The position numbers were made by a program, and so were the translations under genes. Shown in pieces: positions 54,114 through 64,000 of a stretch of 64,000 nt of DNA. Each line of letters begins with the position of its first letter. Within the stretch, counting starts at the first letter, position 1. Origin of the DNA: Halobacteriovoraceae bacterium (GTDB taxonomy: Bacteria; Bdellovibrionota; Bacteriovoracia; Bacteriovoracales; Bacteriovoracaceae); assembly GCA_963719505.1 (NCBI GenBank), contig CAVRCF010000005.1, forward strand, positions 896,001-960,000, given 5' to 3'. The notes beneath the pieces were generated by a model. The model was not told the DNA's origin and did no database searches. It saw only the letters and a program-made list of their open reading frames with translations.

Positions 54114-54877
54114 TTGCAAAAGCTCTTTCAATAATCTTTTACCCCTTTTCTGTTTTATTATTGTTTGTAAGTTTTACCATTATTGTCATCCCCATTAGCC
54201 TAGTTATATGGCCATTTCAATGGCAAACTCGACTAAAGTATACTGCTCCTTTTTGGAAACTCTTCGGACGCTGTTCAATAAAATTGGTCTGTGCTTGCAA
54301 AACGACAGTCATTGATAGAAGAAATTCAGCAGTTAGAGATTTAAACATTCCACCAGGTCTTTATGTTGCCAATCATCAAAGCTTCGTTGATGTGCCTTTT
54401 TTACTCAGTAGTTTTCAGGTTCCACCGATCATGAAGAAAGAAATTTTATATGCTCCAATCTTTGGAGTTTGTGCCTACTCTGCAGGAGCTATGATAGTTG
54501 ATCGTAAAAAGAACAAATCGAGAAGGCAAACATTTGCATTGGCCAAAGAAAGACTGACAACTTACTACAGCAATCTTCAATACTACCCAGAAGGAACAAG
54601 GCAAAAAAGAGACCTTCCTCCAAGACCAATTGAAAAAATAAAGAAGCCCTTAATGGTCTTTTGCTACAAAAATAATATTCCAGTATATCCTGTTAGTATC
54701 TATGGGACGAGAAAAGTTCTCAATGCTATTGCTATGATTAACTACAGAACCCCTATCGGAAAAATTATGCACGATGCTGTCGTTCCTTCAGAATTTAAAA
54801 ATGAAAATGATTTTTGTCAGGCCATCTGGGATAAGGTTTGTTCAGGTTATTTGGAACTAGAAAAGCAATTAAGCTAA
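54110..54877 (+). CDS. Lysophospholipid acyltransferase (PlsC family)
   Basis: NHQSFVD and YPEGTR motifs; N-terminal TM. Confidence 0.9.
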   Translation: MIAKALSIIFYPFSVLLLFVSFTIIVIPISLVIWPFQWQTRLKYTAPFWKLFGRCSIKLVCACKTTVIDRRNSAVRDLNIPPGLYVANHQSFVDVPFLLSSFQVPPIMKKEILYAPIFGVCAYSAGAMIVDRKKNKSRRQTFALAKERLTTYYSNLQYYPEGTRQKRDLPPRPIEKIKKPLMVFCYKNNIPVYPVSIYGTRKVLNAIAMINYRTPIGKIMHDAVVPSEFKNENDFCQAIWDKVCSGYLELEKQLS

Positions 54878-55804
54878 ATTAAATTGAGATTTTATAACAT
54901 CATCGACTTTAGCTAATCCTAAAATCTTCTCATTCATATCTCGAATCCAATAGTAATCAGATATAAAATCAGCATCCAAAATTTTTGCTGCGCGATCTTT
55001 TTTTAAAATGACTCCATTTGAATACAGTTTGGCTTCTTTATCTTCAAAGTAGACGCTTCCAAAAGGAAGAACCTTATCCATTTCAAGTCCGTGATCAGAT
55101 ATATTCCACTCCTCTCCACTAGGCCAATCCTTGTAGGCTATTGTATTTTTAAGTTCACAGCCTCCCACTTTTTCTCTTACAAGGGAGACCAATGTTCCGA
55201 CGGTCCCTAGGGCATTTGCACAATCAGAAAAAAGAGTTCTGATATAAGTTCCCGAACTGACTTCAAAGCGCATAATCAGATAGGGAAAATTGTATTTAAC
55301 CACTTCCAATTTCGTTATGGTTCTTTCAACTTCTTCCTTCTTAATGTCCACACCTTCTCTTGCCCATCGATGAAGAGCTTTACCTTCAAATTTTGCTGCT
55401 GAGTATTTATGGGGTGCTTGCAAATAATCTCCCAAAAATTTTTCTCGACAAATATTTTCAATAAACTTATCTGAAAAACTTGAAATTTCTTCTTTTAAAT
55501 AGCGAGAATCATCAATTTGAGAGGGATCAACAGTTAAGTCACCTGTCTCAGTCTCGATGCCAAGTTTACCAACGGCAAGATATGTTTTGGGGAGAAATTC
55601 GTGAATAAAATTGTTTAACTTCGCAGCTCCATTAACGCCAATCATGAGGACGCCTGAAGCAAAGGGATCAAGTGTGCCAAAGTGGCCAATCTTCCCATAA
55701 CCTTTTGGTAGGTTTCTTTTAAAATGTCTTACGACATCAAAAGAACTTTTCCTAGGAGGTTTGAAAGCATTAAAAATTAAAGGAGTATTATATCTCTGAC
55801 TCAT
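54869..55804 (-). CDS. truB: tRNA pseudouridine(55) synthase
   Basis: KIGHFGTLDPFASG, YSAAK, SSGTYIRTL; follows rbfA. Confidence 0.95.
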   Translation of the reverse strand: MSQRYNTPLIFNAFKPPRKSSFDVVRHFKRNLPKGYGKIGHFGTLDPFASGVLMIGVNGAAKLNNFIHEFLPKTYLAVGKLGIETETGDLTVDPSQIDDSRYLKEEISSFSDKFIENICREKFLGDYLQAPHKYSAAKFEGKALHRWAREGVDIKKEEVERTITKLEVVKYNFPYLIMRFEVSSGTYIRTLFSDCANALGTVGTLVSLVREKVGGCELKNTIAYKDWPSGEEWNISDHGLEMDKVLPFGSVYFEDKEAKLYSNGVILKKDRAAKILDADFISDYYWIRDMNEKILGLAKVDDVIKSQFNLA

Positions 55805-56159
55805 CACTTTTAGCTTTATTAAGTAGCTTAGTAATGTTCATTTCGTCTTCAAATTGTGAGTCATAAATAAATGTGATAATTGGCGTATGTCTAACATCTA
55901 GTTTTTTGGCCAAAAGAGATCTCATTTTACCGGTTAAACCATCGATAGCTTCTTTTATGTCGCCTCTTTTTCCCGGATCAAAGGTATCCCAGTAAACTTC
56001 AGCCACTGAATAATCAGGATTCAACTCCACCCTTGTCACAGTACATAAACTTAGTCGAGGATCACTGATCTCTCTTCTAAGAATGGAGTTGATCGCATTC
56101 TTAATTCTATCTTGATATGTAATCTTAGGATTTGCCCCAGATTTTTTTTGCCTAGCCAT
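55788..56159 (-). CDS. rbfA: Ribosome-binding factor A
   Basis: ISDPRL...VTRVELNPD...RHTPIITFIYD; between infB and truB. Confidence 0.93.
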   Translation of the reverse strand: MARQKKSGANPKITYQDRIKNAINSILRREISDPRLSLCTVTRVELNPDYSVAEVYWDTFDPGKRGDIKEAIDGLTGKMRSLLAKKLDVRHTPIITFIYDSQFEDEMNITKLLNKAKSDESEI

Positions 56160-56166
56160 TTTTACC

Positions 56167-58780
56167 CTAGAAGTTTTTGTTCTCTTCTAATTTACGTTTC
56201 TTCTCTTCTAAAAGATACGCTTCAATTAAGTCGTTGTTTTTAATATCGTTGAAGCCTTCTAAAGCCATACCACATTCGTATCCGTTAGAAACTTCTTTAA
56301 CTTCATCTTTAAATCTCTTAAGAGTCGAAAGTTTTCCATCATAGATAATTTTACCTTCTCTAAGAAGTCGAATATTACAGCCACGTTCAATTTTACCATC
56401 AATAACTGCAGACCCTGCAATGGTTCCAATCTTCGGAATTGTAAAAGTGTCTCTAACTTCTGCACGACCAATATATTTTTCAATTTTCTCAGGCTCAAGC
56501 ATTCCTTCAAGAGCAAGTGTAATGTCGTTTATTAGCTCATATATAATTGAATATGTTCTAACTTCAATTCCTAAATTCTCTGCCATTTTTCTAGCGGAAG
56601 TAACTGGTCTCATATTGAATCCAATTAAGAATCCGTTTGAGTTATTGGCCATTTGAACATCATTATCTGTAATGGCACCAACTCCACCTGTCAGAACTTC
56701 AACTCCAACTTCATCATTTCCAAGAGCTTCTACAGCATTTTTAATTGCTTCAAATGAACCTTGAACATCTGTTCTAACGATAAGGTTGAGAATCTTTTTC
56801 TCTGTCATATCTTCAGGAGCTTGAGCAAAGAAATCCTCAAGGCTATTAACTTGTGGTTTTTCAACATTTTCAAGTTTTCTTCTGTCAGCAATTCTATTTT
56901 CAACAATTTTTTTGGCTTCTCTTTCATTTTTTACAACGTTAAGAGTATCTCCTGGGCTTGGTACTGTATTGAAGCCAAGAATTTGAACAGGTATCGAAGG
57001 ACCAGCCGATTGAACATTTTGTCCAAGGGTATCCATCAAGCTTCTTGCTCTTCCGTAGTTTTCACCACAGACAATAGCGTCACCTTTTTTCAAAGTTCCT
57101 TTTTGTACCAGGCAAGTCGCAACTGCACCACGACCTGTTTCGAGTTTTGCTTCGATAATCATTCCCTCTGCTTGACCTTTAGGGTCTTCACGAAGGTCCA
57201 TCATTTCAGCTTGAAGTTTTATCGCCTCAAGGAGGTCATCAGTTCCGTCTCCGTTGAGAGCTGAGATTGGAACATACATCGTATCCCCACCCCAATCTTC
57301 AGGAACGAGTTCAAACTCTGTCATTTCTTGTTTTATTCTTTCAGGATTAGCACCTTCTTTATCCATCTTATTAATAGCGACAATAATTGGGCTTCCTGCT
57401 TTTTTTGCGTATCGAATTGATTCTTTTGTTTGTGGCATGACACCATCATCTGCAGCAACGACAAGAACAACAATGTCAGTAACATCAGCACCACGTTGTC
57501 TCATTGACCCAAAAGCCGCGTGACCAGGAGTATCTAGGAAAGTTAAAGTTGATCCACTTACTTTCACTGAATATGCCCCAATATGTTGAGTAATTCCACC
57601 AGCCTCACCTTCAGTGACTTTTGTTTTCCTTAGGTGGTCGAGCAAGGTTGTTTTCCCATGATCGACGTGTCCCATAACTGTAATAATTGAGTTTCTAACT
57701 GGTAGGTGTGATTTATCTTCTTCTTCAACTTGCCCAAGAGCAGCATCTTCATCAAAAGCTCTGTTTTCCACTCTATAATCATATAGAGCCGCTAGTTCAC
57801 TCGCGAGTTCAACACCGATATCATCGTCTTTCTTTAATAAAAGATTCATATCGAGTGCTCTATTTTGGAAAGAAGCAAATTTCTCAGAAAGTTTATTGAG
57901 CAAGATCAGCCGCTGTCGTAACGTTAAACATTTCAACAACTCTTTTCGAGTCTTTAACTTCTGTTATTTCTGTAGACTTAGTTGCACCTGAGAAAATTCT
58001 TCTTTCTTTTCATAGGAGTATAAATCTGTCGGCCCGTAACGACGGTTGCAAGCTTTAAATCTTCATCCGCTCTAACTTGAGTAAGGTCTTTTGTTTTTCA
58101 CTTTCTTAGAAACGATAGCTAGCTAAGATCGCCCATTCGTTTCTTACTATCAGCCGCTGGAGCTGCTGCTGGATTTGAAAACTGCGTTTTTCGCAGCTGG
58201 CTCACTGCTTTATTCAGACTTAGCTTTCTTCCTCTTCAGGTGGAACAAATACTGGCGTAAAGGCATGCATTTTCTCTTTATACACTTCTTGTTTTGGCTC
58301 AGATGTATCTTGTTCAACCTTAGCCTCTACTTCTTTTTTAGCTTCCGGTCTGGAGACAACTTGAAGCCCTTGAGGTTTATCACCCTCATAATTTTCTTGA
58401 GCTTCTTTAGCTTCTTTAGCCTCTTTTTTAGCAGCTTTTTTACGAGTAAGAGTTTTCTTCTTAACGATGATTGTCTTCGGTTGGCTCTCTTTCTTAGGAG
58501 AATCACCTTCATCATCAGATACTGCATCACCATCTTTGCTGCTTGCTTTTTTGACAACTTTTTTCTTCGTCACTTTTTTAGCTGTTTTCTTCTTAACAAC
58601 TTTTTTCTTAGCAGCTTTCGTTTTAGGAGCAAGAGTTGCCATCGCCTTTTCAGATCTCTTCATCAGCTAAGCGACAACCATGTGATTTCTCACATTCAAT
58701 CCCATACCTTTCAGCTGCTCAACCAAATCGATCGCACCAACTCCAATTTCTTTTGCCAATTCAAACACTTTTTTAGGCAT
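56167..58780 (-). CDS. infB: Translation initiation factor IF-2; 5' third broken by several indels
   Basis: Intact G-domain (MGHVDHGKTT, DTPGH, NKMD) in 56167-57939; N-terminus MPKKVFELAKEIGV at 58780 with GGAG SD; Lys-rich linker in another frame. Confidence 0.9.
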
Positions 58781-58824
58781 CTACTATCTCCAGTTTTTCC
58801 TAACTTTTACTTATTTTAATCTAC

Positions 58825-60257
58825 TTACTTTAATTTAAATGCTGCTAACTCTTCTCTTAATCTTTTTTCAGCGTCTGAGAATTTACATCTTCGTCACCAC
58901 TAGCATTACTTGAAGCAGAATCTTTGATCATTCCCATTCTCTGAGACAGGAACTGACCTGAAGCTGAAATGATCTCTGACTCTTCTTCTGGCTCATTAGC
59001 ATATCATCTTTTCAATAGCTGTTGAAGCGGCATGCAATCATTCTTTGCAGCATCTTCTTGTTAACAGTTCTAAGACCTTTAACTAATCTTCAGCGGTTCT
59101 GTTGCAGTAAGGTCAACGATAGACATAACTACCAATTTGAACAAGCACTTGAGCTGTTGCTTCACAACGTCTTCCAAGTTGAAGAGGTTTTCAACAGCAA
59201 ATCTTAACTTTTTCTTGAAGCTTAGCTTTTAGAAATAATATTTACTTTCCAACCAGATAAGCATCGCTGCTAAGTCTTACATTTTGACCACGTCTACCAA
59301 TCGCTAAGGAGAGTTGATCTTCTTCAACAATAACATCTAAGACATGATCTTCATGATTCATACTAATTGATGTAATTTCGACTTGGTGCAAGTGCATTTT
59401 TAACAAAGTAACTTCAACGTCATCATGCCACTTAACAATATCAATTTTCTCACCCTGAAGTTCATTAACAATATTTTGAACTCTTGAACCTTTCATACCA
59501 ACACAAGCACCAACAGGATCAATATCTCTATCGATAGTATAAACTGCAATTTTTGCTCTATGACCAGGCTCTCTAGCAGCTGCTTTAATCTCAATTGTTC
59601 CGTCTTGAATTTCAGGAACTTCAATTTCAAATAGTTTAACTAAAAACATTGGGGACGTTCTTGAAACTCTAATTTCAGGACCTCTGTTTGTCATTACAAC
59701 TTCAGATAAATATGCTTGAACTCTGTCACCAGGCTTAAATTGCTCACCATAGATGATTTCTCTTCTCGTTAATATCGCATCAGCTTTACCAAGATCGATA
59801 ATAACGTTTCCACTTTCATAACGTCTTACGATACCAGTAACTAGCTCACCTTCTCTATGTTTAAATTCAGCAAAAAGAATTTCTCTTTCTGCATCTCTAA
59901 CTTTTTGAAAAATAATTTGTTTTGCTGTTTGAATATCAACTCTTGAAAATTTAGGATCTTCAATTTTTATACCTAGCTGATCACCAATTTCACAGTCTTC
60001 ATCTAAGGTCTTTAGCTGCGCCGTGAGTCAATTTCAACGATGGAGTCTTTAACTGCATCAACGACATTTTTGTATTGAAAGATTTCAATTTCACCATCAT
60101 CTTCATTATATCTGGCTTCATACTCACCTTGAATTCCAAACTTCTTTCTCGCCGTAACTAGAAAGGCTTGCTCTATTGCACCAACGACGATTTCTTTTTT
60201 TATTCCACGATCTTTTCCAAGTAGTTCAATTACTTTTCCTAATTCTGAAAAATTCAC
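58825..60257 (-). CDS. nusA: Transcription factor NusA; frameshifted in this sequence
   Basis: N-domain at 60012-60257; KH motifs AREPGHRAKIAV, GACVGMKGSRV, LAIGRRGQNVRL; C-terminal AEKRLREELAAFKLK ends at 58825. Confidence 0.9.
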
Positions 60258-60267
60258 GTTTTCTCCT

Positions 60268-60795
60268 CTATACCTTAGGTTCTAAGTTTGCTTTTTTCAT
60301 TTGTTCAAATGTGATTGGTAAACTTAATCCATCAATTTCTAATATTATATTCTCTTCATTTATTTCTTTTAATAAGCCCACAAAAGTATTTCCTTTTTGT
60401 ATGGCTTTGGAAAAATCCTTCGTAAGACTCTCATCCAACTTTCCAGTGATGAAAATCTGAACTCGCTGATCTTTCGCTAATTCAAAGTGCTCTTTCGTTT
60501 TCAAGGAGCGGTACATTCCAGGAGAGGATACTTCAAGAACGATATCATTTGGAATCCAATTCCCTTCTTCTTCTTCGAAAAACGGATTCATCGCTCTGGT
60601 CACTTTTACACAGTCATCTATATCAGCAGTATTCGTTTTAGCATCCATAATAAAAACTCTCAGGGTTGATGAGCCAGAGACGTATTCCATATCATAGAGA
60701 ACATAACCATTTTCTTCGGTTGTACTTTTAGAGAAATCATAAAATTTACTCTCAATTCCAGTACGTTTCTTATCCAATTCCAATTTTAAAACCAC
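60268..60795 (-). CDS. rimP: Ribosome maturation factor RimP
   Basis: LRVFI...IDDC...LEVSSPG; first gene of the nusA-infB operon. Confidence 0.93.
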   Translation of the reverse strand: MVLKLELDKKRTGIESKFYDFSKSTTEENGYVLYDMEYVSGSSTLRVFIMDAKTNTADIDDCVKVTRAMNPFFEEEEGNWIPNDIVLEVSSPGMYRSLKTKEHFELAKDQRVQIFITGKLDESLTKDFSKAIQKGNTFVGLLKEINEENIILEIDGLSLPITFEQMKKANLEPKV

Positions 60796-60801
60796 CTGAT
60801 T

Positions 60802-60830
60802 AAAAAAAGGGGTGGTTTAAAAACCACCCC
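60802..60830 (-). terminator. rimP leader terminator/attenuator hairpin
   Basis: GGGGTGGTTT-TT-AAACCACCCC-T7 just before the rimP GTG; upstream TTGTCA-N17-TACAAA promoter candidate at 60862-60890. Confidence 0.75.
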
Positions 60831-60896
60831 AACTTTCGAACTACTTTTATAACAGATTGAATTTGTATCAACATCGACTTAATTTGACAAGCTTTC

Positions 60897-61358
60897 TTAA
60901 AGCATTCGCTGCATCGCAAAAGCATTGTCACCATTTTCGTAAAACTTCTTTTTTTCCACCAGTATTTTAAAACCAAATCCCTTGTAGAAGCTTATCGCGA
61001 CTGAATTACTAGTAGAGACTTCCAGATAAACACTCTTTAATCCCCCATCTCTAAGGTCCTTAAGAGCAAAGTCCATAATCTTTTTTGCTACACCTAAGCC
61101 TCGGTATTGGGGCAAGACTAAGATCTTGTACAAATGGCAAAGAGATTCTAGCTCATTCACAGCATATAGCGCAAAGCAGCGTATTTTACTTTGATGATCT
61201 TTTTCAAAATATAAAACTTGATTATCACTTGATTTTAAACCACTCCACTGGTCTCGACTCCAAGGATTTGGAAAAAAATCCCGGTCCATGCTGAAAAAGT
61301 CATCGATCTGTCCAGAAGTGATATCGCTAGACTCTAAGACGGAAATCATTTTGTCCAA
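60897..61358 (-). CDS. GNAT acetyltransferase, RimI-like
   Basis: FPNPWS, VLPQYRGLGVA, LEVSTSN..AISFY..FGF, FYENGDNA. Confidence 0.85.
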   Translation of the reverse strand: MDKMISVLESSDITSGQIDDFFSMDRDFFPNPWSRDQWSGLKSSDNQVLYFEKDHQSKIRCFALYAVNELESLCHLYKILVLPQYRGLGVAKKIMDFALKDLRDGGLKSVYLEVSTSNSVAISFYKGFGFKILVEKKKFYENGDNAFAMQRML

Positions 61359-61957
61359 TAAACCTCGGAGCTAATTTGAGCGCCTATGGAAAGAAGAAGA
61401 GCTTCAATGGCCTTTACGGCTTTTTTGTACTCTTCTTTTTGCGAAGAACTTGAGTTTTTCTCGTTTAAAAATCTCTTTCTTAAAAAGATCTCTGTCGAAA
61501 TGATAGACTCAAAGTCATCCGAGAAAGTGTTTTCCTTTTTGAAGATATCAACTTTATTGCATTCTTTTTGAGTGGCAATATAAAATGCCTTACTCAGCCC
61601 TTCATTGATAACAATATTATGGCTATCAACATATTGATTCAATTTGGTCAAAAGCATAAAACGAGAAAATGTTTCTTTTTGTGAGTCTTTAAGCTGTGCC
61701 ATATCGAGCTTCTCACTAGAAAATGTATCATCATTCAGACTCAATAAATTTTGAAATTGAATGGCCAAAATAGACTCTGGATAAAGACACTTTAAGGTTT
61801 CAAGTAAAATCCGATTCTTTTTCAAATCCTTTAGACTCGAAACCTCATTTGAAACTTTGTAAATAAAGACATCAGATAAAAGAGTTTTCGAAAAAACATG
61901 CTGGTAAGTGAAAATAAAAAGTCCTCCAATAAGGAGGACTCTATAGATAGTATTCAT
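61346..61957 (-). CDS. Secreted/periplasmic hypothetical protein
   Basis: Signal peptide, helical composition, operonic position. Confidence 0.7.
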   Translation of the reverse strand: MNTIYRVLLIGGLFIFTYQHVFSKTLLSDVFIYKVSNEVSSLKDLKKNRILLETLKCLYPESILAIQFQNLLSLNDDTFSSEKLDMAQLKDSQKETFSRFMLLTKLNQYVDSHNIVINEGLSKAFYIATQKECNKVDIFKKENTFSDDFESIISTEIFLRKRFLNEKNSSSSQKEEYKKAVKAIEALLLSIGAQISSEVYWTK

Positions 61958-61969
61958 TTTATGATTCTA

Positions 61970-63244
61970 TTAAACTGGTGAGCTAATTTCAATGTTTCCA
62001 ATGATTTTATTTGAACTTGAATCATCTTCTTTATGGAATCTAGCATTCACTCGAGGATTAAAAGTATAGCCATCTTTTCCTCTTAGGATATATTTTCTAT
62101 TTCCACCTTTTGGCTCGATAAGTTTTCTTAAACGACTTATCGATGTGTAAATAAGCTTATCGTGAATAAGAGGATTGTATTCATCTTTCCAAATCGATTT
62201 TGCTAAATCTTCTTTGTTATAAGAGTTACCTGGATTCTTAGCCAGCAGGAAAAGAATCTCCAACAAGACAAAACGGTGTTTGAAATCGATTGTCCCAAGA
62301 CTCTTTTCGTGAATAACTCTATTATGTCTGTCCAAATAAAGATCGACACTTGAATCATTTACATCAGCGACCTGATTTTTAAAAATTTGTCTCAGCCGCC
62401 CATAGTCGTGGTTGATTGAATTTAATCCCAACTTAAAAAGCGTCAAAGCTTGATTAAACTCGCCCATCTTCTTTAAAACAATACCCTTACCTAGAAGAAT
62501 ATATCCAAAGAGGTTCCAGCAGTTTTTTTGTTGGAGGATTGTGATCGCTGTATCATAGTGCTCAGTTGCTTCGCTAAGCTTTCCCATTTCTCTATAAAGG
62601 TTTCCATAAAGCATGTGCATACTTCCCTTTAGGAAATCTTTTTTAAGGATATTGAGAAGCTGCTTCAATTGATCTAGATTGTTTAAAGATTCATTAAACT
62701 TTTCTGCTTTAAAACAAGCATTCGATATTGAAAAAAGTGCTTTTGCTATAAGTTCTGGCTCATTTTCAGTCTGAGCTTTTTGATAAGAAAGCTTAAAGTG
62801 TTCGATAGCTTTTTCAAAATCACCTTTATAATTGAAAATCATTCCAACATTGTAGAAGTACTCAGCATTGAGGGAGCCTAAATCTCTTCCAAATTTTTCA
62901 ACTAGGTTCTCGGCTAAATCGATAAACTTATCAGCCTCTGCCTCTTGAAGAGATTCAGAATAAATTCGAATAAGGAAACCGTAGATCTTAAGCATTGCAA
63001 ATGCGTCTTTAGGATAGACTGTTTTATCAAGAGCTCTTAGAAAATAATCTTCTGCATTTTCTAAATCCGCTTTGTCGTAGTAAACTTTTGCAAGTCTGTA
63101 ATACCCTTGCCCCAAGGTTCTTTCGGTGTCTCCAAGGTCAACGTATGACTTATCTGTTTCTTCTAATAAAGAAGTTCTGGCCATAAACCTTTCTTGAAGT
63201 TGTTCTCTTAATTCCTGCTCTGTATTGTTGTTTACAGTTTCCAT
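61970..63244 (-). CDS. TPR-repeat protein with C-terminal OmpR/PhoB-type winged-helix DNA-binding domain
   Basis: Multiple TPR motifs; EILFLLAKNPG..KEDL...IW...YTSISRLRKLIE...GY. Confidence 0.85.
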   Translation of the reverse strand: METVNNNTEQELREQLQERFMARTSLLEETDKSYVDLGDTERTLGQGYYRLAKVYYDKADLENAEDYFLRALDKTVYPKDAFAMLKIYGFLIRIYSESLQEAEADKFIDLAENLVEKFGRDLGSLNAEYFYNVGMIFNYKGDFEKAIEHFKLSYQKAQTENEPELIAKALFSISNACFKAEKFNESLNNLDQLKQLLNILKKDFLKGSMHMLYGNLYREMGKLSEATEHYDTAITILQQKNCWNLFGYILLGKGIVLKKMGEFNQALTLFKLGLNSINHDYGRLRQIFKNQVADVNDSSVDLYLDRHNRVIHEKSLGTIDFKHRFVLLEILFLLAKNPGNSYNKEDLAKSIWKDEYNPLIHDKLIYTSISRLRKLIEPKGGNRKYILRGKDGYTFNPRVNARFHKEDDSSSNKIIGNIEISSPV

Positions 63245-63625
63245 AAGATTTTCCCTATATTGATTGTTCCCCAATTTTCGAAAAACTTACAACAGCTTTC
63301 GCACAATGTAAAATTTGAACAATAAATAGAATCTATCTAAAAATTTGATCTTTTTAAAATAAATCCTTACTTTCATACATCTAAAATTCAAATATTTTCC
63401 TTTAAAAACATACACTTAGTTCACTTCAACTTCATGAGACTTACATTTACCATCAGTTCTAAGGTCCGATTAAGTGAGCTAAATCCCTGAAAATCTTACA
63501 TCAAAAAAATTTATGGAGCTAACGGTACAAGTCCTTAAAGCATTGAAAAAACGTTGATCAATTCCAAAGCTTTATGCTAAGTTATCAACCATCAAAAACA
63601 ATCAACATAATAAGGATAAGGTAAG

Positions 63626-64000
63626 ATGAGTAAAATTGATCTCGAGACGCTTAGACATTCAACAGCCCACGTAATGGCGCAAGCAATTTGTGAACTCTAT
63701 CCTACCGAAACCGTCCAACTTGGTATTGGCCCAACTATCGAAAATGGTTTTTATTACGATATCGATATGGAGTCTCGAATTCTTGATGAAGACCTTATTA
63801 AGATCGAAGACAAAATGAAAGAAATAATAAAAAGAGATGATGAGATCACTCGCTTTGAGGCGACAAGAGAAGAAGCTTTAAAACTTTTTGCCGATAGAGG
63901 GCAAAAGTATAAACTTGAACTAATTAGAGATCTTCCAGAAGGTGAAACAATCTCTTATTACACTCAAGGAGATAAATTCATAGACCTTTGTCGTGGCCCT
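63626..64000 (+). CDS. thrS: Threonyl-tRNA synthetase (5' part, runs off window; no N-terminal TGS domain)
   Basis: MSKIDLETLRHSTAHVMAQA...GIGPTIENGFYYDI...DLCRGP. Confidence 0.95.
   Translation, partial: MSKIDLETLRHSTAHVMAQAICELYPTETVQLGIGPTIENGFYYDIDMESRILDEDLIKIEDKMKEIIKRDDEITRFEATREEALKLFADRGQKYKLELIRDLPEGETISYYTQGDKFIDLCRGP

Noticed and set aside
58175-58819. 214-aa plus-strand Phe-rich ORF (and similar antisense ORFs in the track)
   Set aside because: Shadow of the Lys/Glu-rich IF-2 N-terminus on the opposite strand
57800-60030. Programmed frameshifting in infB/nusA
   Set aside because: Too many scattered indels without slippery-site or stimulator structure; sequencing error is more parsimonious
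63275-63625. T-box or other structured RNA upstream of thrS
   Set aside because: No T-box consensus or convincing stems; AT-rich divergent promoter region
1-64000. CRISPR arrays, tRNA/rRNA genes, IS elements, prophage
   Set aside because: No regularly spaced repeats, cloverleaf-like segments, transposase/integrase or phage structural motifs were seen by eye

Overview
AT-rich bacterial chromosomal segment. Gene content and protein style suggest a predatory Bacteriovoracaceae/Halobacteriovorax-like member of Bdellovibrionota (inference). Housekeeping genes include nth, meaB-scpA-mutA, prc, pyrD, rpmE2, topA, an FKBP PPIase, rnhA, rimP-nusA-infB-rbfA-truB and a partial thrS. They are interspersed with many secreted hypothetical proteins and hydrolases (M4-like, M14, M20, M61, S41, EndA, serine hydrolase). 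I saw no tRNA/rRNA, CRISPR array, transposase or prophage gene. The best candidates for undescribed biology are: (1) an ExbB/MotA-type channel paired with an ExbD-like subunit whose periplasmic part is a Pro/Lys linker plus an apparently circularly permuted beta-domain; (2) divergent from it, a stand-alone RdrB-like adenosine deaminase behind a sigma28-type promoter; (3) a 1541-aa secreted protein with a tandem 4-Cys repeat under a consensus sigma54 promoter with a palindromic enhancer-like site; (4) a DUF5989/carbamoyltransferase/SxtJ/SGNH module with a divergent degenerate nucleotidyltransferase. Also seen: two small ORFs missed by the ORF track, a PTPS-III-type pterin enzyme, several apparently leaderless genes, and an indel cluster in nusA/infB that is probably assembly error.
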